Assembly (NCBI GenBank): GCA_023393825.1
Contig: JAEXBW010000012.1
Coordinates: 1 to 43,805, forward strand
Length of the DNA stretch: 43,805 bases
Reading direction: 5' to 3'
Origin: Elusimicrobiota bacterium
GTDB taxonomy: Bacteria > Elusimicrobiota > Elusimicrobia > Elusimicrobiales > Elusimicrobiaceae
Part shown: in pieces, positions 28,081 to 35,403 of the stretch
Layout: every line of letters starts with the position of its first letter
Numbering within the stretch: the first letter of the stretch is position 1
Notes under the pieces: generated by a model
Told to the model about the DNA's origin: nothing
Databases searched by the model: none
The model's input: the letters and a program-made list of their open reading frames with translations, nothing else
Program-made: the position numbers and the translations under genes

Positions 28081-28360
28081 TTTTATTGTTATTTTATAAA
28101 TAAATGGCGGAGATTTCAGTATTAACAGCAACCTTCTCTAAAGCTGGGGTAATTTGTTGAGATGATTTTGCGGTTATTTTTTATTTGGTGCAACGAAGTG
28201 CGATGGCGCACCCCCAGTATATCGTGATCGGGCGGAGCCCCACATATATGAGTGAAACAGAAAATAAAAAAGAGCCGCTGCGGTGTGCTTCACACCAAAA
28301 GGGCTCAAAAAACGGAGTACGAAGGAAGATTAGCTCAATGTTGTAGTTTATTATTGGCAA

Positions 28361-28482
28361 CTTCCCGTGAAACAGCGAATTTACAGGGAAAATTAGCGTT
28401 TTTTGCTATTTTAAGCTGATTTTTCAGGCAAGTTCACCTATACGGCGATAAGAAATTCCCTATAAAAAATAACAGCGAATTA
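28361..28482. repeat. Paired-hairpin module, locus B
   Basis: AACAGCGAATTTACAGGGAAAAT at the left and AAATTCCCTATAAAAAATAACAGCGAATT at the right. AACAGCGAATT recurs exactly 100 bp apart (28371 and 28471). Homologous to 9821-9965. Confidence 0.7.
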
Positions 28483-28804
28483 TATTTTTGTTTCAAGGAT
28501 TTAATTTCTTTTAACAGACAAATAATATAAACATAAAATGATTATTATTTTAACTGAGATAGTCTCTATTTTGTTAAAAATATAAAACTTTATTAATTAT
28601 AACTAAAATATTAAAAGTTTATTATTATTAGTTTTAAAAATCACATTCAAAATTTTCGCCAAGCGCATTTAGTCTTCCATTCACCTCAGCCACATAAAAT
28701 GCAAACGGATCAAATTCTTCACAATCCTCTTCTTCCCAACATAACCAATCTTTATAATCTTCTTTTTCTTGTGATACCTTGCCTTTTATTACTTCTATAA
28801 AATT

Positions 28805-30016
28805 TTATAACTCTATGCCTTGGTTCTTTAGTTGGTTTGCGATATCTAATAGCTCGTTAATTTTTTCTTTATAATATGTCAAAGCGGCATTATCTTCATT
28901 AAATAGATATTTTACGGTCTCTAATTCCCAAAATCTAAAACTATCAATACGGTATATTAACGGCCACCAGGGGGTCTGCTCGGCGCCGAAGTTATTTTTT
29001 ATACCGGTTCTTATGTGATTATTATCTGTTTTATCGCTTAAAAAGCGAAAGCCGTAAATACCGGTATTGCCCTCTAAATTAAAGCAAAGGCAGATTTTCT
29101 TCCACTCAGGTATATTTATGCGGAATCCAGATAGACCTTGATCATTCGATATGGTTTCCATTTGTATATAGGTATTCCGTTCTTTTAAAAATACCTCAAG
29201 AGGTTGTAGCAATCGGTTTATGATGACGTTGTTCTTCGCTTCTTTCAGATTACTAAATACATCTACTGCGCCAGAAAAACTTTCTTTATCTTTTATTAAA
29301 ATATCTATTATTTCTTTGGTCATTTCCGGGTTTCTCCCTTGTCCTGTTAAATCTTTTATGAGTAGAATGTATTGCTTAATAGCCATTGATATAAATGATG
29401 ACTCCTTGGATACGGCTAGGCATTTCTCCAGCCACTTTAAAATGTGTTTTTGATAGGACATAGGATAGTATTTTTTGGACAAACTCCATAAGCTGTCCTT
29501 CGTGGCATCCTTTCCGTTCATTGTCAGGTAAATTATTTCTGCATCTGGACACGCTTTATTATACCTGTATAATTGTTTGGGCTGATCACCGGCGTATATT
29601 ACCTTATTTTCTATCACAAGCTGCTTTTTGCCACTTTTTATAAAAATATCTATACGGCCGCCGCTTTCATAGTCTTTACTGACTGGACCTATGTATTTTT
29701 CGGTCTCCACCTGTACAGTACCATCTGAGAAGCCTGAGAAATATGATTCTAATTCTTTATACTCCTCCTGCAGCGTTTCCAAAAATAACTTTAAAAATTG
29801 ATTATTATTTTCGGGGCTTGTTTGTGAATCCAGAAGCCTAGATATAAAATAGGAGTGGAGTAACTCTTTCTCGTAGTCCGTTTTACCTATCGCATAGAAG
29901 ATATTCCAATTTTCGCCGGCAAGGGCGGATTTTTCATCATACTTATGCCTAATGGTGGAAAGTTGTTTAAGGATATTTCCCAACACAACTTCTGTATTAT
30001 TAAATTCTGTGTTCAT
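28805..30016 (-). CDS. PD-(D/E)XK nuclease family protein (PDDEXK_4-like architecture)
   Basis: N-terminal block NIFYAIGKTDYEKELLHSYFISRLLD. Catalytic core GGRIDIFI...LVIENKVIYAGDQPKQLYRY (D...ExK plus QLxRY). The C-terminal half, about 200 aa, is of unknown function. Confidence 0.8.
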   Translation of the reverse strand: MNTEFNNTEVVLGNILKQLSTIRHKYDEKSALAGENWNIFYAIGKTDYEKELLHSYFISRLLDSQTSPENNNQFLKLFLETLQEEYKELESYFSGFSDGTVQVETEKYIGPVSKDYESGGRIDIFIKSGKKQLVIENKVIYAGDQPKQLYRYNKACPDAEIIYLTMNGKDATKDSLWSLSKKYYPMSYQKHILKWLEKCLAVSKESSFISMAIKQYILLIKDLTGQGRNPEMTKEIIDILIKDKESFSGAVDVFSNLKEAKNNVIINRLLQPLEVFLKERNTYIQMETISNDQGLSGFRINIPEWKKICLCFNLEGNTGIYGFRFLSDKTDNNHIRTGIKNNFGAEQTPWWPLIYRIDSFRFWELETVKYLFNEDNAALTYYKEKINELLDIANQLKNQGIEL

Positions 30017-30070
30017 ATATGCTCATTATTATTCTTAATGGTGCCTACAGATATATTTTACATATTGAAG

Positions 30071-30088
30071 GCGACATATGCCTGTCGC
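30071..30088. promoter_or_regulatory. Palindrome GCGACA-TATGCC-TGTCGC between the WYL gene stop and the nuclease gene
   Basis: Perfect 6-bp arms that abut the WYL stop codon (30089-30091). The core CGACA-N6-TGTCG is the same as at 31030-31047. Confidence 0.5.
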
Positions 30089-31012
30089 TTAATTTATATT
30101 TTCTAAATATTTATTTATCTTTTTCTTTATATCTTCTGCCAAATTTTGTGGAGATATAACTTTTATATATGGTATCCAATGTAAAATTATGGGTGTTATT
30201 TCCAGAAATCTAGCCGCCTGACAGGTTATTATCAAGCTGCCATCCTTCTTTTCTTTTTCCATTTTTTGCAGAGGAAAATATTCTTTGTTTTTGAAATATC
30301 CTGCTATTTCTCTAGATATCACCATTTTTACTTCAATATTTCTACTCTCTTCAAACCATATGTTTACACTTTCCTGGATAATCTTATTTATATTGCCTGC
30401 ATATTCAAAGTGCACATCCGACGGACTTGCTTTAGTTATTTGCTCTAAGCGAAATTTCAGAAGATATCCTTGTGTGCCAACAGCCAATAAGTACCAAAAA
30501 CCTTCATACCATGCTATTTTGAGAGGCTTAAGCTTATAATATCCAGGTTTTGCACCACCAACATAATAGATACTAAGTATTTCTTTATTTTTTATTGTGG
30601 TTTCTATTGTTCTGGTAATATCAGTGGATGCATATCGTGTCCCTGCCGGTATTTTTATAAAGAACGGATTGTCTTCATGTATGTTTATAAATTTCTTCTG
30701 GAGCGAGGAAAATGATTTAGAAAAATCTCTGCCGAGTGCGCCCGCAGTTTCAGATATGAAAACAAGTAAAGCGGCTTCTTTATCAGAAATTTTCATTTTA
30801 CTTAAAGAGAAATTTCTCTCAAATGCGTATAAACCGGGTTTTGGGCAGTATAATGGGAAGCCCGCATAATCTATTGATTTAACATCACGTTGCAGGGTAC
30901 GAGAGGAAACTCCCAAGCTTTCAGCCTGTTTGGCTAGGTTTATAGTTCCGCTATCTAACTCATTAAGAAGATATAAAATACGGGTTATTTTATTCCGCAT
31001 TTCTTTATTCAT
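30089..31012 (-). CDS. WYL-domain transcriptional regulator (wHTH-WYL-WCX architecture)
   Basis: HTH region LGVSSRTLQRDVKSI. WYL domain ILSIYYVGGAKPGYYKLKPLKIAWYEGFWYLLAV. I prefer the ATG at 31012 (GGAG 6 nt upstream) over the TTG at 31024. Confidence 0.85.
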   Translation of the reverse strand: MNKEMRNKITRILYLLNELDSGTINLAKQAESLGVSSRTLQRDVKSIDYAGFPLYCPKPGLYAFERNFSLSKMKISDKEAALLVFISETAGALGRDFSKSFSSLQKKFINIHEDNPFFIKIPAGTRYASTDITRTIETTIKNKEILSIYYVGGAKPGYYKLKPLKIAWYEGFWYLLAVGTQGYLLKFRLEQITKASPSDVHFEYAGNINKIIQESVNIWFEESRNIEVKMVISREIAGYFKNKEYFPLQKMEKEKKDGSLIITCQAARFLEITPIILHWIPYIKVISPQNLAEDIKKKINKYLENIN

Positions 31013-31029
31013 ACAAGACTCCAAAGTGT

Positions 31030-31047
31030 CCGACAGTATGTTGTCGG
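31030..31047. promoter_or_regulatory. Palindrome CCGACA-GTATGT-TGTCGG in the divergent WYL / 31102 promoter region
   Basis: Perfect 6-bp arms, 18 nt upstream of the WYL ATG. It shares CGACA-N6-TGTCG with 30071-30088. Confidence 0.5.
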
Positions 31048-31101
31048 GTATCTAAATTATACTTTAATATATCTCAAAAAACATAAATGGAGGAGTCATA
31101 A

Positions 31102-32118
31102 ATGTGGATTAACCCTTGCCAATCAAAAGGAACGGAATATTTAGAAGATACGCGCTCTCAAATACGATCTGTCAGGAAGAGGATTAAAGATAAAAGAAGT
31201 AAAAAATGGCTCATATTTAATAAATATATAAAATACAATAAAAATGGGGACGTATCATTAGAAAAAACATTCTTCCCAGACAAAGAATCTTCGTTAAAAT
31301 ATAAATATAATCAGGCGGGGCAATGTATAGAATACACGGAGGAAAGTTCTTGTGGTTCTTTTAAACGTTCGTTGCGTGAAATTGATGAGAATGGCAATGA
31401 TAGTTATTCTTATTTCTTTAGGCTTGACCCCAAAAAAGGACCATATGGTAGCGTCTCTATCAACACGTTTGATAAAAAAGGACGTAAAATAGATACTGAT
31501 ACTTATTTTGCTGATGGAGGATATACGAAGCATAAATATTTTTATAGAAATAATACAAAAGTAGCATTTATATATAACTCTCTGGGCAAAATTACAGCCA
31601 AATATAAGCTAAGAGGCAAAAACAACTCTTTTGCAGACTCTATTAATGAGAGTGTTTATTTTATTGGCAAAAGAATTGAAAGAAGTTATAGCGAACAGAA
31701 ATGTAAATATGACTCCGGAGGTTATAAAATTTTAGAAAAATCAAGATGGGTTAGTAGCGACTCAAGGCAAGGATCACCCAATATATATTTAAATAAAACA
31801 CAAAGAAAAACCGAAATAAAATATAAATATGATAAAGCTGGTAATCTTGTACAGAAGTACTATTATAACGACGGAAAAATACACAGTAAAGACATTATCA
31901 CCCATGAAACGACAATTGAGCATGGGAAGAGAGTTTGCATTAGGTGTGAGGATTGCTATCAGTGTGGAAAAATAGTTTTTAGAGCAATTTGCAAACATGA
32001 AAATTTTGATAAAAAGGGAAATTGGGGAATAGAAACCACATCTTTGGAAAAAATTGAACACAATAAGACTTCTATTTTATGTTTTCATAAAGAAGAAAGA
32101 AAAATCCAATACCGTTAG
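31102..32118 (+). CDS. Hypothetical cytoplasmic protein with YD/RHS-like hairpin repeats and a C-terminal Cys cluster
   Basis: SD GGAGGAG upstream and no signal peptide. Repeats: KYKYNQAGQCIEY, TFDKKGRKIDTDTYF, KYKYDKAGNLVQKYYYNDGK and NFDKKGNWGIE. CIRCEDCYQC lies near the C-terminus. Confidence 0.6.
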   Translation: MWINPCQSKGTEYLEDTRSQIRSVRKRIKDKRSKKWLIFNKYIKYNKNGDVSLEKTFFPDKESSLKYKYNQAGQCIEYTEESSCGSFKRSLREIDENGNDSYSYFFRLDPKKGPYGSVSINTFDKKGRKIDTDTYFADGGYTKHKYFYRNNTKVAFIYNSLGKITAKYKLRGKNNSFADSINESVYFIGKRIERSYSEQKCKYDSGGYKILEKSRWVSSDSRQGSPNIYLNKTQRKTEIKYKYDKAGNLVQKYYYNDGKIHSKDIITHETTIEHGKRVCIRCEDCYQCGKIVFRAICKHENFDKKGNWGIETTSLEKIEHNKTSILCFHKEERKIQYR

Positions 32119-32534
32119 AGTTAATATGCCGCAATGATATATTTAGGCAGTCACAAAAGCTAAAACTATTTTTTCTGTTTTAGGATAGGTAAGCATCTTT
32201 TTAAATATTTCATAAGTAAGTTGAGTATCATCTTATAAAAGAAAGGGCCCATAAATTTATAGCTTCTTATAATAAAGAGGACTTATTTCCTGAAAAACTG
32301 ATTAAAGAGGATGATATCTCAAACATTGAAAACATTCTCCTGCCAAAAGCAAATATGGTAGCAGAAATGGGGAATTCATATTATGGAACGACAACCGGCA
32401 AATGCTTTGGTGTTGATCCTTATGGTAGACCCCTTGATCCAACTGAATCAGAACGCGACTTTAAAGAAATGCAAGACGAAGTAAAGAGTATTATGAAGAA
32501 TCGTAAGTGATAAGTGTAAAGGTGACTGCGAAAA

Positions 32535-32574
32535 GGGCAAACAGAGAATTTTTGGCTGTTTGCCCTATATTTTT
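32535..32574 (+). terminator. Rho-independent terminator
   Basis: A 10-bp stem GGGCAAACAG / CTGTTTGCCC followed by TATATTTTT. Confidence 0.75.
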
Positions 32575-32636
32575 GGCTAAAATGGCTTTAGAGAATGGGT
32601 ACAGAGAAAAATACCTAAAAACTTCCGACGAGAGGT

Positions 32637-32681
32637 AAAAAAATGCCCCGGTTTAGAGGGGACTTTCTCTAAATCGGGGCA
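32637..32681 (-). terminator. Terminator downstream of tRNA-Asp
   Basis: Long hairpin TGCCCCG...CGGGGCA with inner arms TTTAGAG/CTCTAAA, followed on the minus strand by T7. Confidence 0.8.
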
Positions 32682-32686
32682 CTAAA

Positions 32687-32764
32687 TGGCGGAGTCAACG
32701 GGATTCGAACCCGCGGTCTCTGCCTTGACAGGGCAGCGTGTTAACCAGGCTACACCATGACTCC
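32687..32764 (-). tRNA. tRNA-Asp (anticodon GTC), CCA encoded
   Basis: Hand-folded cloverleaf: acceptor GGAGTCA/TGACTCC, D stem GTGT/ACAC, anticodon stem CTGCC/GGCAG with loop CTGTCAA, T arm GCGGG-TTCGAAT-CCCGT, discriminator G, CCA. Confidence 0.9.
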
Positions 32765-32839
32765 GTTTTACTTCTTATAGATATATTCTATCTTTTATAG
32801 AATTTTCAGTCAAGCAAAATAGTTTTGAGAGGAGAAAAA

Positions 32840-33739
32840 TTAAAATTTTCCCCATAAAATCTGCTCTAATTCCAACATTTTGCCCGTTTGCGCCAACACG
32901 CGTTTTTGCACTTCTTTTATAAGATTATTTATATCATTTGCAGTTGCATTCTTATAGTTTATAATAAAGCCCGCGTGCTTTTGCGATACCATCGCCCCGC
33001 CGACGCTAAAACCTCTAAGCCCGCAAACATCTATCAGGCGGCTGGCGTAATCACCCTCGGGGCGTTTAAAAACGCTGCCCGCGGAGGGAAAATCAAGCGG
33101 CTGCTTTTCCGCACGTTTTACCAAAACTTCCGCGCGTTTTGCGGCCACGGCGGCTGCGTCCTGCGCTTTTTTGGGTTGCCACGTCGCACTTAAAACTATG
33201 CAGTTTTGCGGCAGAGCAACGCTTCTGTATGCGTGGGCAACATCGTCTTTTTTAATGGTTTTAATTTCACCCTGTTCGGTTAAAATCGTAAAGTGTTTAA
33301 GGCAATCAAAAGTTTCCGCATTAAATGCGCCTGCGTTCATATAAACCGCTCCGCCGACGCTGCCCGGTATGCCCGAAAGGCCTTCCATACCCTCAAATCC
33401 CGCGTTTACGGAGGCTTCCACAACTTTGTCTAAAGCTGTCCCTGCCTTGGCGGAAATTGTGCCGTTGCCAACTTCTATGCCTTCTAATTTTCTAAGGCAG
33501 CAAGTTATACCCTCAAGCCCTAAATCGCTTACCAAAATATTTGAGCCGAGGCCTAAAATTCTTAAAGTTATTTTATTTTCTGACGCAAAAGCGATAATAT
33601 TTTCTATCTCTTCTTGCGTTTTTGGCAAAGCCAAAACTTCAGCCGCGCCGCCCGCTTTATACGTGGTATAAAGGTTCATCGGTGCGTCAAAAATAAATTC
33701 CGTTTGCAAAGATTCTGTTAAATTTTGTTTCCAGTTCAT
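32840..33739 (-). CDS. murB: UDP-N-acetylenolpyruvoylglucosamine reductase
   Basis: FAD-binding N-terminus (GGAAEVLALP, GLGSNILVSD), GIPGSVGGAVYMNAGA and the C-terminal SAGSVFKRP. Confidence 0.9.
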   Translation of the reverse strand: MNWKQNLTESLQTEFIFDAPMNLYTTYKAGGAAEVLALPKTQEEIENIIAFASENKITLRILGLGSNILVSDLGLEGITCCLRKLEGIEVGNGTISAKAGTALDKVVEASVNAGFEGMEGLSGIPGSVGGAVYMNAGAFNAETFDCLKHFTILTEQGEIKTIKKDDVAHAYRSVALPQNCIVLSATWQPKKAQDAAAVAAKRAEVLVKRAEKQPLDFPSAGSVFKRPEGDYASRLIDVCGLRGFSVGGAMVSQKHAGFIINYKNATANDINNLIKEVQKRVLAQTGKMLELEQILWGKF

Positions 33740-33777
33740 TTTTATATATTATATAAAAAGATTACGGAGGTATTTTT

Positions 33778-35328
33778 ATGGTACACAAGAACGCCGGCAC
33801 CCTGCCAAAAGAACATTTGGATTTAGAAAAATTAAGAGCGGAATTTTATAATCCCTCCTCCGCGCCTGCGCCAGTTAAGTTTGGCACGTCGGGCCACAGG
33901 GGTTCTTTGGGCGGCGGTTTTTGTGCGTTGCACGCGCGTGCCATAGCCCAAGCCGTAGCCAAAATGCACGCCGAGCAAAACATAAAAGGCAAAATATTAG
34001 TTGGCGGCGATACGCGCCTTACCAGCCGCGCCACGGCGGAAATTTGCGCCTGCGTACTTGCCGCAAACGGTTTTAAAGTTGTTCTGCCAGATATTGCAGT
34101 ACCAACCCCCGTATTTTCTTTTGAAATTTTATCCAAGCGCGTTTGCGCCAGTCTTAACGGCACTGCCAGCCATAATCCGCCGCAGGATATGGGGCTTAAA
34201 TATAATCCCTCCAACGGCGGCCCTGCGTCGTCGGAAGTTACCGCAAAGATAGAAAAGTACGCAAATTACTTTTTGCAAAATCCGTCTGAAATTAAAGAAA
34301 TTTCTTTGCAAGAAGCCAAAGCAAAGGGCCTTGTGGAAAGTGCCGACGTTATAAAACCTTATGTTGAGGCCTTGGGTAAAAAAATTAATTTTAACGTCAT
34401 TAAATCTGCGGGTATTAAAGCCGCCATACACCCTATGGGCGGCGCAAGTTTGCCTTTTTACGACGCGATAAAACAAAAATACGGGCTTGATAATATGGAA
34501 GTTGTAAACAGGCAGCAAAACCCCGCGTTTGATTTTATCCCGCTTGACCACGACGGCAAAACCAGAATGGACCCCTCTTCCCCATATCCTATGAAGCCGC
34601 TTATAGATTTGGTAAAAAGCGGCAAGTACGCTTTTGCCGGCGCAAGCGACCCCGATAGCGACCGCTTTGGTTGCGCGACGGCAAAGGGCGGTTTGATACA
34701 GCCCAATCACGCGCTTTGCGTTATGCTTTATTACCTTATAAAAAATAAGAAACCCGCAAAGTCCGCCAAGGTTGGCAGGACGCTTGGCACCACGCATCTT
34801 ATGGATAGAATAGCCGCTGCTTACGGCCACGATACAATGGAAGTTAATGTAGGTTTTAAGTATTTTGTTGACGGCCTTATGGAGGGCAGTTTATTTTTGG
34901 CGGGGGAAGAAAGCGCGGGAATGTCCGTCGATAATTGGGTTACGGAAAAGGACGGTATCTTGGCTGTTTGCCTGCTTTTGGAAATTATGAGTTTTACGGG
35001 GCAGGATATTGCGGGGCTTTATCATCAGCTTGCCGCCCTTTACGGTAATTCTTTTTATACACGCATAGATATGCCCGTTACGGAAGACGCTAAGGAAAAT
35101 ATTAAAAAACTTAAGGCGGAAAATTTTGCCGCGCTAAAAGAAATAGCGGGCGAAAAAGTGCTTAAAGTGCGCGACAGCGACGGCCTTAAAATTTATTTGG
35201 AAAACAGTTGGATTTTAGTGCGCCCCTCGGGTACAGAGGCTATTGTTAAATTTTACGCCGAAACTTTTAAAAGCCAAGAGCATTTGGACTTGCTTATAAA
35301 AGAAGGCGGGAAAGTATTTAATATTTAG
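33778..35328 (+). CDS. pgm: Phosphoglucomutase (alpha-D-phosphohexomutase family)
   Basis: FGTSGHRG, the active-site Ser loop GTASHNP, the metal loop ASDPDSDR and GEESAG. SD GGAGG at 33766-33770. Confidence 0.9.
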   Translation: MVHKNAGTLPKEHLDLEKLRAEFYNPSSAPAPVKFGTSGHRGSLGGGFCALHARAIAQAVAKMHAEQNIKGKILVGGDTRLTSRATAEICACVLAANGFKVVLPDIAVPTPVFSFEILSKRVCASLNGTASHNPPQDMGLKYNPSNGGPASSEVTAKIEKYANYFLQNPSEIKEISLQEAKAKGLVESADVIKPYVEALGKKINFNVIKSAGIKAAIHPMGGASLPFYDAIKQKYGLDNMEVVNRQQNPAFDFIPLDHDGKTRMDPSSPYPMKPLIDLVKSGKYAFAGASDPDSDRFGCATAKGGLIQPNHALCVMLYYLIKNKKPAKSAKVGRTLGTTHLMDRIAAAYGHDTMEVNVGFKYFVDGLMEGSLFLAGEESAGMSVDNWVTEKDGILAVCLLLEIMSFTGQDIAGLYHQLAALYGNSFYTRIDMPVTEDAKENIKKLKAENFAALKEIAGEKVLKVRDSDGLKIYLENSWILVRPSGTEAIVKFYAETFKSQEHLDLLIKEGGKVFNI

Positions 35329-35360
35329 CTTTCCGCAGCGCAAAAAGTTTTAGTGAAAAT

Positions 35361-35394
35361 AAAAACCCCCGTTCTTTTTAGAGCGGGGGTTTTT
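35361..35394. terminator. Bidirectional terminator between convergent pgm and 35404-36513
   Basis: Stem CCCCCG / CGGGGG flanked by A5 and T5. Confidence 0.8.
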
Positions 35395-35403
35395 GGGAGT
35401 GCA

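Noticed and set aside
28271-28318. The hairpin GAGCC...GGTGTGCTTCACACC...GGCTC flanked by A-runs, considered as a small RNA.
   Set aside because: It is most simply a minus-strand rho-independent terminator, with a T-run after the stem on that strand, serving the WYL-nuclease transcription unit.
32230-32510. An open frame ending ...MVAEMGNSYYGTTTGKCFGVDPYGRPLDPTESERDFKEMQDEVKSIMKNRK with no upstream start. The first ATG is at 32355.
   Set aside because: It is too short and lacks an SD, so it is probably the 3' remnant of a degraded island gene. I kept it only as supporting context for the islet finding.
27500-32700. A prophage or integrative element with its own integrase or recombinase.
   Set aside because: No ORF in or next to the islet shows tyrosine or serine recombinase motifs. 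Only the dead IS200-type tnpA is present.
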